Shown here piece after piece: positions 29,751 to 38,448 of a stretch of 64,000 nt of DNA. The position numbers and the translations under genes were made by a program. The notes under the pieces are model-generated. The model saw only the letters and a program-made list of their open reading frames with translations, did not search any database and had not been told where the DNA came from. Numbering within the stretch: position 1 is the stretch's first letter; every line of letters begins with the position of its first letter. This stretch comes from an uncultured Verrucomicrobiae bacterium (GTDB lineage: Bacteria; Verrucomicrobiota; Verrucomicrobiia; Chthoniobacterales; UBA10450): NCBI GenBank assembly GCA_963756875.1, contig CAVWPA010000003.1, forward strand, positions 1,088,001 through 1,152,000, in the 5' to 3' direction.

Positions 29751-29858
29751 GTAAGGGCACGGACCTTCTACAAACAACTTCTCGATGTTGCCAAAGGCGA
29801 AACCCGCCAGGAAGTCGTAACAGAGGCGAAAAACTATCTCGCTCAGCGGGCAGATTGA
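29751..29858 (+). pseudogene. Orphan 3' gene fragment (TPR-protein-like C-terminus)
   Basis: VRARTFYKQLLDVAKGETRQEVVTEAKNYLAQRAD* has no credible start and begins just after a REP. Confidence 0.45.
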
Positions 29859-29879
29859 TCAACTCGCACATTCGATCCT

Positions 29880-30803
29880 TCAGAATCCGACGAAAAGGGA
29901 GGCCATGCGCTGTCGAGTTTTGGCGTCGGGGAGCCGGCCAACTCCGGCCGCCATGTTATCTTCGAGGTGTTGGGGATTATTTGTGGCAGGGATCACACAA
30001 GTGACTGCTGGGTGAGCCACGATCCATTTCAACAAGAATTGAGCCCAGGAGTGACAATCGAATTCGGCAGCCCAAGCCGGCAGCGGCTTGGAGGAGAGTG
30101 CCTTTAGTACGCCGCCACCGCCAAACGGACGGTTAACAATGACTCCCATGTGAAGTTCCTGGGCCAGAGGCAAGATACGCTGAGCCGCATCCCGATCGAC
30201 CAATGAATAATTAATCTGGACGAAATCCGGCTTCTGCGCCTTCATCATCCCTTCTACCAGGCTGTGGCCGCGATCCTCGGAATGAGTGATTCCGGTATAG
30301 CGAATCCTCCCATTCGACTTCCATTCACGCAGTGTGCGCATCTGGGTTTCGACGTCGGCCAGGTTATGCACCTGCATCAGGTCAATCGTTTTGGTTCGAA
30401 AACGATCCAGGGATTGTTCCATCTGGGCAATTCCCTTTTGCTTACCGATAGTCCAGACCTTTGTTGCGATGAAAAGTGAATTGCGCAAGTGAGCTTTACC
30501 CGCGAGATCGCCAATCACGCTCTCGGCATTGCCATACATCGGGGAGGAATCGATTAATTTGCCGCCGCGTTTTGCAAAAAGCTCTAGCACCTGACCGAGC
30601 GTTCCAAGTTCGGGGGACCCGAACCGGACATCGAATGTGTTGGCGCTTCCGAGCCCGATAACTGGAATCTTTTCGCCTGTGGATGGGACCGGACGAGTCA
30701 ACATGGACCGACCGGCCGCGAAGGTGCGCGATGTTCCAAACGGAAGAAACGCGCCGGCAAAACCGGCACCGATTAACTTTGCTGCTCGCCGGCGTGAAAG
30801 CAT
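29880..30803 (-). CDS. Aldo/keto reductase with Tat-like leader
   Basis: MLSRRRAAKL leader; IPVIGLG, IDSSPMYG, IATKVW, IDLMQVHN, VIPATNN. Confidence 0.9.
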   Translation of the reverse strand: MLSRRRAAKLIGAGFAGAFLPFGTSRTFAAGRSMLTRPVPSTGEKIPVIGLGSANTFDVRFGSPELGTLGQVLELFAKRGGKLIDSSPMYGNAESVIGDLAGKAHLRNSLFIATKVWTIGKQKGIAQMEQSLDRFRTKTIDLMQVHNLADVETQMRTLREWKSNGRIRYTGITHSEDRGHSLVEGMMKAQKPDFVQINYSLVDRDAAQRILPLAQELHMGVIVNRPFGGGGVLKALSSKPLPAWAAEFDCHSWAQFLLKWIVAHPAVTCVIPATNNPQHLEDNMAAGVGRLPDAKTRQRMASLFVGF

Positions 30804-30883
30804 TGTTTGAAATTGGAACTCCAAAGCTGCCCGCAATATTTATTGATCAGGCTTTGCGGTCAACACCGCGCTCGTCTTAATTT

Positions 30884-32043
30884 TCAAGAACTCGCGTAAT
30901 TGGCAATGGCCTTGGCCACTTCTAACGTCGAATTTTTGCCGCCCATGTCGTAGGTGCGGACTTTGCCTTCGGCGATGACGCGGGCAATCGCGGTTTCCAG
31001 CCGCGTCGCCAATTCGGTTTCCTTGAGCCAATCGAGCATGAGCTTGGAAGTCAGGAGCATGGCAATCGGATTCACCTTGTACTGACCAGCGTATTTCGGC
31101 GCCGAGCCGTGGGTCGGCTCGAACACGGCGTAGTTGTCGCCGAGGTTTGCGCTGGGCGCGAAGCCCAGTCCGCCGACCAGGCCGGCGCATAGAGTCGCTC
31201 ACGATGTCGCCGAACATGTTTTCCGCGACGAGCACGGAATAATCCTGCGGGTTTTTAAACATCCACATGCAAATGGCGTCGATGTTCGCTTCGTCGGCCC
31301 GGATGTCCGGATAATTTTTGGCCACGTCGTTGAAACAACGCATCATCAACCCGCCTGTTTCGCGGAGCACGTTTGGTTTCTCGATCAGCGTGACGCGTTT
31401 GCGCCCGGTTTTCTTGGCGAACTCGAAGGCTTGTTTGCAGATGTTGGTGCAACCCTGTTTGCTCATGATGCGGGTCGAGAGCGCGATGTTCTCCAGGCCC
31501 GCTTTGTCTTTCCACTTTTTCATCTTCGGGTTTGCGCAAAGCGCCGTGTAAACCGGTTCAGGCAACGGGAAAAACTCGACGCCGCCGTACATGCCTTCGG
31601 TGTTTTCCCGGAACACGACCTGATCGATCGGGACGTCTTCGCCGCTCGGGTTCGTGATCTTTGTGCCGCGATAATTCAGCGGATTGCCGGGATAACTTTT
31701 GCACGGCCGCATGTTCGTGTGGAGGTTGAACATCTGGCGGAGGCCCACGATGGGAGAGAAATAAACCAGGCCCTTGCCCTGAAGTTCCGGAGCCAGTTCC
31801 TGTTTGGCTTTGTCCTGCGGTTTGCTGGTGATCGCGCCGAACAGGCCGCAAGTCGTTTCCTTCAGGTACTTTTACGGTGCGATCGGGAAGCGCGTTGCCT
31901 TCCTTGCACCAAAATTCCCAGCCGATGTCGCACGGCACATATTCGGCATCGAGTTTTAGACGATCCAAAACGAGGCGCGCAGCCTCCATGACATCGTGAC
32001 CGACGCCATCGCCGGGCATCCACGCAATTTTGTATTTAGCCAT
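30884..32043 (-). CDS. Homoisocitrate-dehydrogenase-like beta-decarboxylating dehydrogenase (frameshifts near 31866 and 31193 as sequenced)
   Basis: [54 protein letters not shown] distributed over three frames. Confidence 0.85.
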
Positions 32044-32125
32044 AGAAAAGCGATTCTAGCGGTGCGCGTGACGACCGCAAGCGAGAGCGAAAGATCCTGC
32101 GGAACCGCGGATTACGCGGATCAAT

Positions 32126-32351
32126 TCCGGGGAGCGCACGCGCCTCGCGTGCTGCGTTCGGCGCCTCGCCGAATGATCTGCATCAGAGATTGGGTCCGCT
32201 AAATACGCCAAAGAACGCGAAAGATCGGAGGTCAGAGATCAACTTTCCCTTTTTAGCGTCGTTTCGCGTGTTTCGCGGATCGTCTTTTAGGTAAAAGTTC
32301 GCGAAGGCGGGGCGCCTTCGCCAGCACGCGAGGGCGCGTGCGCTCCCCGGA
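32126..32351. repeat. Family A palindromic element with a nested inverted array pair (32195-32279)
   Basis: TCCGGGGAGCGCACGCGCCTCGCGTGCTG...CAGCACGCGAGGGCGCGTGCGCTCCCCGGA. Confidence 0.8.
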
Positions 32352-32375
32352 TGGCACGGCGACAGAGCGCCGTGG

Positions 32376-34360
32376 CTACAGCTTCGCCTTTGCGCGGAGG
32401 CGGCTGCCCACGAGATTTTCGGCGCCGCCGGCAACGATCAATTCCTGGGCGGCGGGACTGAGCGGCGGGAAGGGGAACGATTTGCCGTCCACGGTCAGGA
32501 TCGACTTGGCGTAGTCGATCGTGATTTCTGGTCCGACCGTGGTCGGCTTGCGGTCCTTGAGCGTTTCGCGCAGATACGCCACCAGCTCCGGGCATTCAAA
32601 TACCACGAAGCCGTTGTTGAACGCGTTGCGTTTGTAGGTCTCGGAAAAGCTGGCGGCGATGACGCAGGGGATGCCTTTGAATTTCAATGCGGTCGCGGCC
32701 TGCTCACGGCTCGAGCCGGTCCCAAAATTCAGGCCGCCCACCACGACGTCGCCTTTTTGATAAAGCGTGTTGAAGTTCGGATCGAAGTTTTCAAACGTGA
32801 CCGCCGCCATCTGTTCGGGCGTCATGTCGTCGCGATACGTGTGTTTGCCGGCGTAAATGCCGTCGGTGTTCAAGTTATCCTGATCCACAAAAAGAACGCG
32901 GCCGCGCACGCTCGGCGGGAAACCATCGATGATCTCCACCGATGACGAGGGCTTCGATTTGGCTTGTGCGCGTCGAACAGCGGTGCCGGCAGGGCGGTCG
33001 GCAAAATCTTTTGGAGCGCAAATGAATCCGGCCAGCGCACTGGCTGCGACGACTGCGGGCGAACCCAGATACACGAACGCATCTCGATCGCCCATGCGGC
33101 CCTTGAAATTGCGGTTGGTGGCGCTGATCGCGGTTTCACCCTTTTGCACCAGGCCGCGGCCCAGACCGATGCACGTCCCGCAACCGGGTGGCAACGGAAT
33201 CGCACCCGCGTCCACGAGTGCCTGCCAATCGCCCACCGATTGGGACTTGGATTGCACTTCGGCGCTCGCGGCCGCCAGATAAAACTCGACGCCATTGGCA
33301 ACGTGTCCGCCCTGCGCGCGCACAACGTCCGCGGCATCGTGCAAATCTTCGAAGCGCGCGTTCACGCACGACAACAAATAGGCTTTCTGAATGGACACAT
33401 GCTTGCGCTGCATTTCGGGAAGCGACACCATCGTTTTCACTTCGTTAGGTCCCGAGACATGCGGAACCACGGTCGCAAGATCGAGCTCCAGTTCGATGGC
33501 GTACTCCGCGTCCGCGTCGGCGGCGATCTCGTTCCGATCTTCCCACCACTCGTCGATGTCGGCGTTGGTATAACCGGACCGGCTCTTTCGGACCGCGCGT
33601 TCCCGGCCGATTGGGATTAGTGAACGTGGGGACGCGCGAACGCAGATAACGCACCGTGACCGCATCGAACGGGAACACGCCCGCGAGCGCGCCCCACTCG
33701 GTTGTCATGTTGGCGACGGTCATGCGCGCGTCCATGGAAAGGGTTGCCACGCCGTCGCCTGCAAATTCCACGGCATGATTGAGCACCTCATCCTTATTAA
33801 AGAGACCGCACAACGCGATGATGACGTCCTTGCCGGTAACGCCGGGCGAAAGTTTTCCTTTGAGCACCACCTTTGCCACTTTCGGGACCTGCCACCATGT
33901 GACGCCGGTGGCCCAAATACTCGCGGCATCGGTCCGCACTACCGGTGTCCCGAGCGCCGCGACGGCGCCGTATAAATTAGAGTGCGAATCGCTGGCCACC
34001 ACGAGCGCGCCGGGAACAACGTAGCCTTGTTCCACCATTACCTGGTGCGAGATACCCGTGCCGGCCGGGTAGAAATCGACTCCTTGTTCGGCCGCGAACT
34101 TCTGGATGTTCGCGTACTTCTCCAGATTCTTCGGAGACGTATTTTGAATGTCGTGATCGATGGCGAACACCGGTTGCCCCGGGTCCGCGATCGCGGTCGC
34201 GCCGATCTGCTTGAACTTCGGGATGACGGCGGCGGTGTTGTCGTGCGTCATCACATGCCGCGGGCGAATGGAAATAAAATCGCCCGAACGTACGATCGTC
34301 GCCGGGGGCGAGTCCATCAGCGTGCCGAGTCGCGATCTTTTCTACGAGCGTGAGTCCCAT
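32376..34360 (-). CDS. lysF: Single-chain homoaconitase, fungal Lys4/LysF type (frameshifts near 34300 and 33588 as sequenced)
   Basis: HVMTHDN, DHDIQN, ASDSHSN, GTPVVRTDAASIWATG.TWWQVP, ANMTTEWGAL, SCVNAR, CGTCIGLG, SATNRNFKGRMG, DNLNTDGIY, NFGTGSSREQAATAL. Confidence 0.88.
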
Positions 34361-34427
34361 ATCAATTATTCTAAATAAAGATCGCAAGAACCATAGCCGT
34401 CAATTTGTTCTGATGCGAGGCACGCTG

Positions 34428-34490
34428 TTGTAGGGCAAGCGCGTCGCTTGCCAGATCAGAACAGAGGCAAGCGGAGCGCTCGCCCTACAA
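34428..34490. repeat. GTAG-type REP doublet
   Basis: TTGTAGGGCAAGCGCGTCGCTTGCC...GGCAAGCGGAGCGCTCGCCCTACAA. Confidence 0.8.
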
Positions 34491-34530
34491 TTTCATCGGC
34501 GGTGTGATTCGTGTGATTTGCGGGCAGGAA

Positions 34531-34578
34531 TTATTTCTTGGCAGCACGTTTGCCGAAAAGCTTGGTGATATCGAAATC
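34531..34578 (-). pseudogene. Duplicated 3' end of the HD-like gene
   Basis: Encodes DFDITKLFGKRAAKK* versus DFDIAKLLGKRAAKKL* at 36562-36612. Confidence 0.85.
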
Positions 34579-34755
34579 CGGGTGACCCGAGGGCCGGGAT
34601 GTTAGACATTATCCTACATCCTGTGTCTTTTGCTGGTTATTTGTTAGGGAATAGGTATATCATCATCACCAATCCGAATAGGCGAGCCGTTCCGGCGCAA
34701 GCGCAGCGGGGCAACCGCTGAATGACTTCTCTCATCGGTTCGAAGGGAAACTACT

Positions 34756-35706
34756 ATGAATCTTACTATCAATATCCGACTAATTATTACTGGCTTGGCT
34801 GTCTGTATCGCGCTTTGGACAATCCCCGAACCCGCTCGTGGGCAAATCTATGTATCGAACGAGGGCAACACCACGATCGGCGAATACACAACATCGGGCG
34901 CAACGGTCAACAGCTCCTTTATTTCTTCGGGGCTGAATATCCCGAAATACATGGTGGTGTCCGGAGGGAATTTGTATGTGGTGAACAATGGCAACGGCAC
35001 GATTGGCGAATACGACGCCACCACCGGGGCAACGATCAACAGCTCCTTTATTTCGGGATTGAGTGGCCCGATAGGCATCGCGTTGTCCGGAGGGAATTTG
35101 TATGTGGTGAACAATGGCAACGGCGGCATCGGCGAATACAACGCCACCACCGGGGCGACAATCAACGCGTCGCTGGTCTCGGGATTGAATGACCCATACG
35201 ATGTCGCGGTATCGGGAGGAAATCTGTATGTCGACCTCAGTCAGCCCGGCACGATTGGCGAATACAACGCCACGACCGGGGCGACGATTAACGCCTCGCG
35301 GGTCTCGGGGTTGAGCAGCGGCCTGACAGGCATCGTGGTGTCCGGAGGGAATTTGTTTGTAGCGAATCAGCCCAACGGCACGATTGGCGAATACGACGCC
35401 GCGACCGGGGCGACGGTAAACGGCTCGCTGGTCTCGGGGTTGTCTGCCCCGGCTGGCCTCGCTTCGTTCGAAGGAAATCTGTATGTAGTCAACCAGAGCA
35501 TCAACACGATTGGCGAATACGACGGCACCACTGGGACGGCGATTAACGCCTCGTTGGTCTCGGGGTTGAATACTCCAACTGACGTCGAGGTAGTGCCTGA
35601 GCCCTCCACCTGGGCCGCCGGTCTCCTTACGGCAGGCACACTGTCGTGTACGATTATCTGGCGCAGGCGGGCCGGATGGCTCCGACGCAGAACACACGCT
35701 TGCTAA
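34756..35706 (+). CDS. PEP-CTERM surface protein with six ~42-aa beta-propeller-like repeats
   Basis: Signal peptide; IGEY..TTGATIN.S..SGL repeats at 126-129 bp spacing; VPEPSTW followed by a TM segment and RRR. Confidence 0.9.
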   Translation: MNLTINIRLIITGLAVCIALWTIPEPARGQIYVSNEGNTTIGEYTTSGATVNSSFISSGLNIPKYMVVSGGNLYVVNNGNGTIGEYDATTGATINSSFISGLSGPIGIALSGGNLYVVNNGNGGIGEYNATTGATINASLVSGLNDPYDVAVSGGNLYVDLSQPGTIGEYNATTGATINASRVSGLSSGLTGIVVSGGNLFVANQPNGTIGEYDAATGATVNGSLVSGLSAPAGLASFEGNLYVVNQSINTIGEYDGTTGTAINASLVSGLNTPTDVEVVPEPSTWAAGLLTAGTLSCTIIWRRRAGWLRRRTHAC

Positions 35707-35793
35707 ACAAGCTGGCCAACAAGGCTACGAGGCGCTCGACTTGAAGAAGCGCAGCGCGCCGCGTCTCCCCAACCAGCGTGAGGCCCATATCGC

Positions 35794-36000
35794 TTATCCT
35801 ATGTTGATTTCCTTTCCGTAAAGACGTTTGAACAGTTGCTTTCGCTGCTCCGATTCCGATAACCCCCGTGGCAGCGACGCTTTTACCATTTCCCTCGCGC
35901 TATCGAACATTTGCGCGCCCATCACAAAGCGTTCTTCGCCGGAAAGAGCCATTAATTTTTCGCGCATCACTCGTTCGATGTTGGGCGCAGTATCGGTCAT
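35794..36000 (-). CDS. Small helical protein, putative antitoxin (Rv0078B/MenA1-like)
   Basis: 68 aa, MTDT...LMALSGEERFVMG; ATGA-coupled to the nucleotidyltransferase gene. Confidence 0.6.
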   Translation of the reverse strand: MTDTAPNIERVMREKLMALSGEERFVMGAQMFDSAREMVKASLPRGLSESEQRKQLFKRLYGKEINIG

Positions 36001-36533
36001 GCCAGGCACTCCTTCAGTAAGGTATCCAGGCCCAGTTCACGCGTCCAGCGTCGCAGATAGGGCGCGTCATATCCGGTGGCGAGCAGATTCCGGACATCGC
36101 CCAGTTGCAACTCGGAGTGCGAATCCTTCGCCCAGAAAAGCTTCGATATGATAAGGTCTTCCTTGCTCACGATAAATGTCGTGAAATCAAGAATTGAAAT
36201 CCTTTGTCTCCGTTCAAACTCCGCCTGGCGATACTCGTTTTTTTTGCGGAGGATGCAGTCCACTTTGATCACGCTTTGCTGGTGAATGACATTGAAAATC
36301 GACTCATTAGCGATCGATTCGCGAACATTGTCCTCGCTTACATAGTAGTCCGGCCGAAATAGGGCAGCTACGCGGGTAGCGTCTTCCGGTTCAATCGCGA
36401 TCACGACATCGATATCGCGGGTCATGCGCGGTTGCGCATAGTAGTTCATCGCCATGGAACCGGTGAGCATGTACGGGATGCCGGCCTCGTCGAATCTGTG
36501 AGAAATGTCGCGCACAATGTCGATCTCATTCAT
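35997..36533 (-). CDS. Pol-beta-superfamily nucleotidyltransferase (DUF6036/AbiEii/MenT-like), putative toxin
   Basis: YMLTGSMA...PRMTRDIDVV (GS and DxD), SKEDLIISKL, YLRRWTRELG. Confidence 0.78.
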   Translation of the reverse strand: MNEIDIVRDISHRFDEAGIPYMLTGSMAMNYYAQPRMTRDIDVVIAIEPEDATRVAALFRPDYYVSEDNVRESIANESIFNVIHQQSVIKVDCILRKKNEYRQAEFERRQRISILDFTTFIVSKEDLIISKLFWAKDSHSELQLGDVRNLLATGYDAPYLRRWTRELGLDTLLKECLA

Positions 36534-36561
36534 CGAACCGGCTGGGATCAGCGATCCCCGG

Positions 36562-37173
36562 CTACAGCTTCTTCGCCGCGCGTTTGCCGAGGAGTTTGGC
36601 GATATCGAAGTCCACGAAGTCGGCGTGATGAAAAATGATCGACTCGATGGAGCGTTCGACTTTGTCACCTTCATGGCTGTGCGTGGCGATGATGTGCATG
36701 ACTTCGCCGGGAATCCCGTGTTTGTACGCGAGCGCAACACCGCTGAACGGATGCCGCAGTTGTTGCCCGAGTTTTCCCTGGACTACTTTGCCGGATGCGT
36801 CCTTGTCGTACTCCAACGGCTTCCCCACGTCGGCCAGAAGCGCACCCGCGATGAGATAGTCTCGCTGGACCGGAATGCCGCAGCGGAACGATTTTTCGAG
36901 CACATCGGCGATGGCGATGCATTGCAACGCGCAGGAATTCAGATGCTCGACGAACGTCATGTCGATGTCGCCGGCGAGGAGCGTGAACTTGACCGCCCGC
37001 AGTTCGTCAAAGGTCCAACCTTTCCCACCGCAGCCGGTTGTAATGGCTTCGTTCCAGACCGCCGCCACTTTTTCGCGCAGCGACTTGTCGCTGATCTTTA
37101 GCAAGCTGGGGAAGAGGTCCGCGATTTCGTTAACGCCGTAATTGGTTCTTTGGGTCGTAGTCATAATGATCAC
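36562..37173 (-). CDS. HD-domain-like phosphohydrolase (HDIG family)
   Basis: FVEH, GALLADVGK, LRHPFSG, HIIATHSHEG, FHHADFVD. Confidence 0.82.
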   Translation of the reverse strand: MIIMTTTQRTNYGVNEIADLFPSLLKISDKSLREKVAAVWNEAITTGCGGKGWTFDELRAVKFTLLAGDIDMTFVEHLNSCALQCIAIADVLEKSFRCGIPVQRDYLIAGALLADVGKPLEYDKDASGKVVQGKLGQQLRHPFSGVALAYKHGIPGEVMHIIATHSHEGDKVERSIESIIFHHADFVDFDIAKLLGKRAAKKL

Positions 37174-37463
37174 GCGGCTTTCCGCCGATATTTTTGAGGC
37201 TTTGAAGAAGTTCGTTCTATTATTTTTCTAGCTTCCAGATCGAGTTTAACCGTTTCTGCATACCAACTGATACTTCCTGAAAATCTGTTCTTCAGGCTCT
37301 TGTTAACCTTTTCGGATAATTGGGTGTGGGTAAGCTGCTTATTTTGCAAGGCGGACAAGATGGCTTTCTTAAGCGTCTCGTATTTCCCCTTGTCGATATT
37401 TTTCCCGCTCTTACCCAATGGGTGTTTGGTGAGTATTTTTTCTTCTGTCATTTGCCTCTCCAT
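37170..37463 (-). CDS. DUF6958-like small basic protein
   Basis: HPLGKSGKNIDKGKYE, FSGSISWYAETVKLDLEARKIIER; visibly more AT-rich than its neighbours. Confidence 0.7.
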   Translation of the reverse strand: MERQMTEEKILTKHPLGKSGKNIDKGKYETLKKAILSALQNKQLTHTQLSEKVNKSLKNRFSGSISWYAETVKLDLEARKIIERTSSKPQKYRRKAA

Positions 37464-37479
37464 TCATGATTGACGACTA

Positions 37480-38448
37480 ATGAACACGAATCACACGAAT
37501 AGCGGAATGACTTTTTGCCGATGGATTGGGGTTTCGATGGTATGTGCAGGAACGATACTTGCGCGGCCGCCGGGCGGCCCAGGCGGGCCTCCCAACAATA
37601 GCCGTGTGAAAATGGATCTTCCATCGCGGGTGTCGATCCGCACCGAAGGCGAACGCCGGATCATCGAGAGCAATGGGATTCCCGACCATGAAACGGGGAC
37701 GTTTCCCGGCCCGGGAAATCCCAATGCGATCATGGCGCAAAATTATCACTTTGAAACCACAACGCATCCCACGAAAGCGGCCCATCCCATGTCGATCCGG
37801 AGGTGGCTTTTTGGCGTCGCCATCGACGGCGTGGTGTTCGATCCCGGGACTGCGGATTACTGGCGCAACGACCGCAATTCCGTCTGGAACGTGGAAGGAA
37901 TCATCGACGGACGGCGCACGTTGGGGATCGATTGGAGCGACGCGCACGTGCAACCAAACGGCGCCTATCATTACCACGGCGTCCCCTGGGGCATCCTGCA
38001 AAAACATCATGCGGAAAAAAAGATGTTCCTGGTTGGGTGGGCGGCGGACGGGTTTCCGATCTACGGACCGTACGCCTACAAGGATCCGAATAATGCTTCG
38101 AGTCCGGTGGTTGAAATGAAATCGTCGTACCGGCTGAAGAGCGGAATGAGGCCCGCGGGGAACGAGGGACCGGGAGGACGTTACGACGGAACGTATACCG
38201 GCGATTACGAATATGTAGCAGGGGCGGGAGATTTGGATGAATGCAACGGACGCACGGGAGTGACGCCGGAGTTTCCAGGAGGGACGTATTATTATGTGGT
38301 GACCGAAACCTTCCCGATCGTGTCCCGTTATTTCCGTGGGACACCCGACCCGAGTTTTCGGCATCCGTTCGATCCCGCGCGCGGACGCGGCCCGGGCGGA
38401 CCAGGAGCACCGGGCGGTCGGCCGCCACCGCCATTCCGTAACCACTAA
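37480..38448 (+). CDS. YHYH-domain secreted protein
   Basis: SNGIPDH, FGVAIDGVVFDP, AHVQPNGAYHYHG, GWAADGFPIYG, DLDECNGR; start 37480 or 37507. Confidence 0.9.
   Translation: MNTNHTNSGMTFCRWIGVSMVCAGTILARPPGGPGGPPNNSRVKMDLPSRVSIRTEGERRIIESNGIPDHETGTFPGPGNPNAIMAQNYHFETTTHPTKAAHPMSIRRWLFGVAIDGVVFDPGTADYWRNDRNSVWNVEGIIDGRRTLGIDWSDAHVQPNGAYHYHGVPWGILQKHHAEKKMFLVGWAADGFPIYGPYAYKDPNNASSPVVEMKSSYRLKSGMRPAGNEGPGGRYDGTYTGDYEYVAGAGDLDECNGRTGVTPEFPGGTYYYVVTETFPIVSRYFRGTPDPSFRHPFDPARGRGPGGPGAPGGRPPPPFRNH

Noticed and set aside
24620..34305. Programmed ribosomal frameshifting in the broken genes
   Set aside because: No shared slippery sequence, and two shifts per gene in four genes fit sequence error better
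34879..35520. Regular ~126-bp repeats resembling a CRISPR array
   Set aside because: They are in-frame coding repeats of the PEP-CTERM protein without unique spacers, and no cas genes are present
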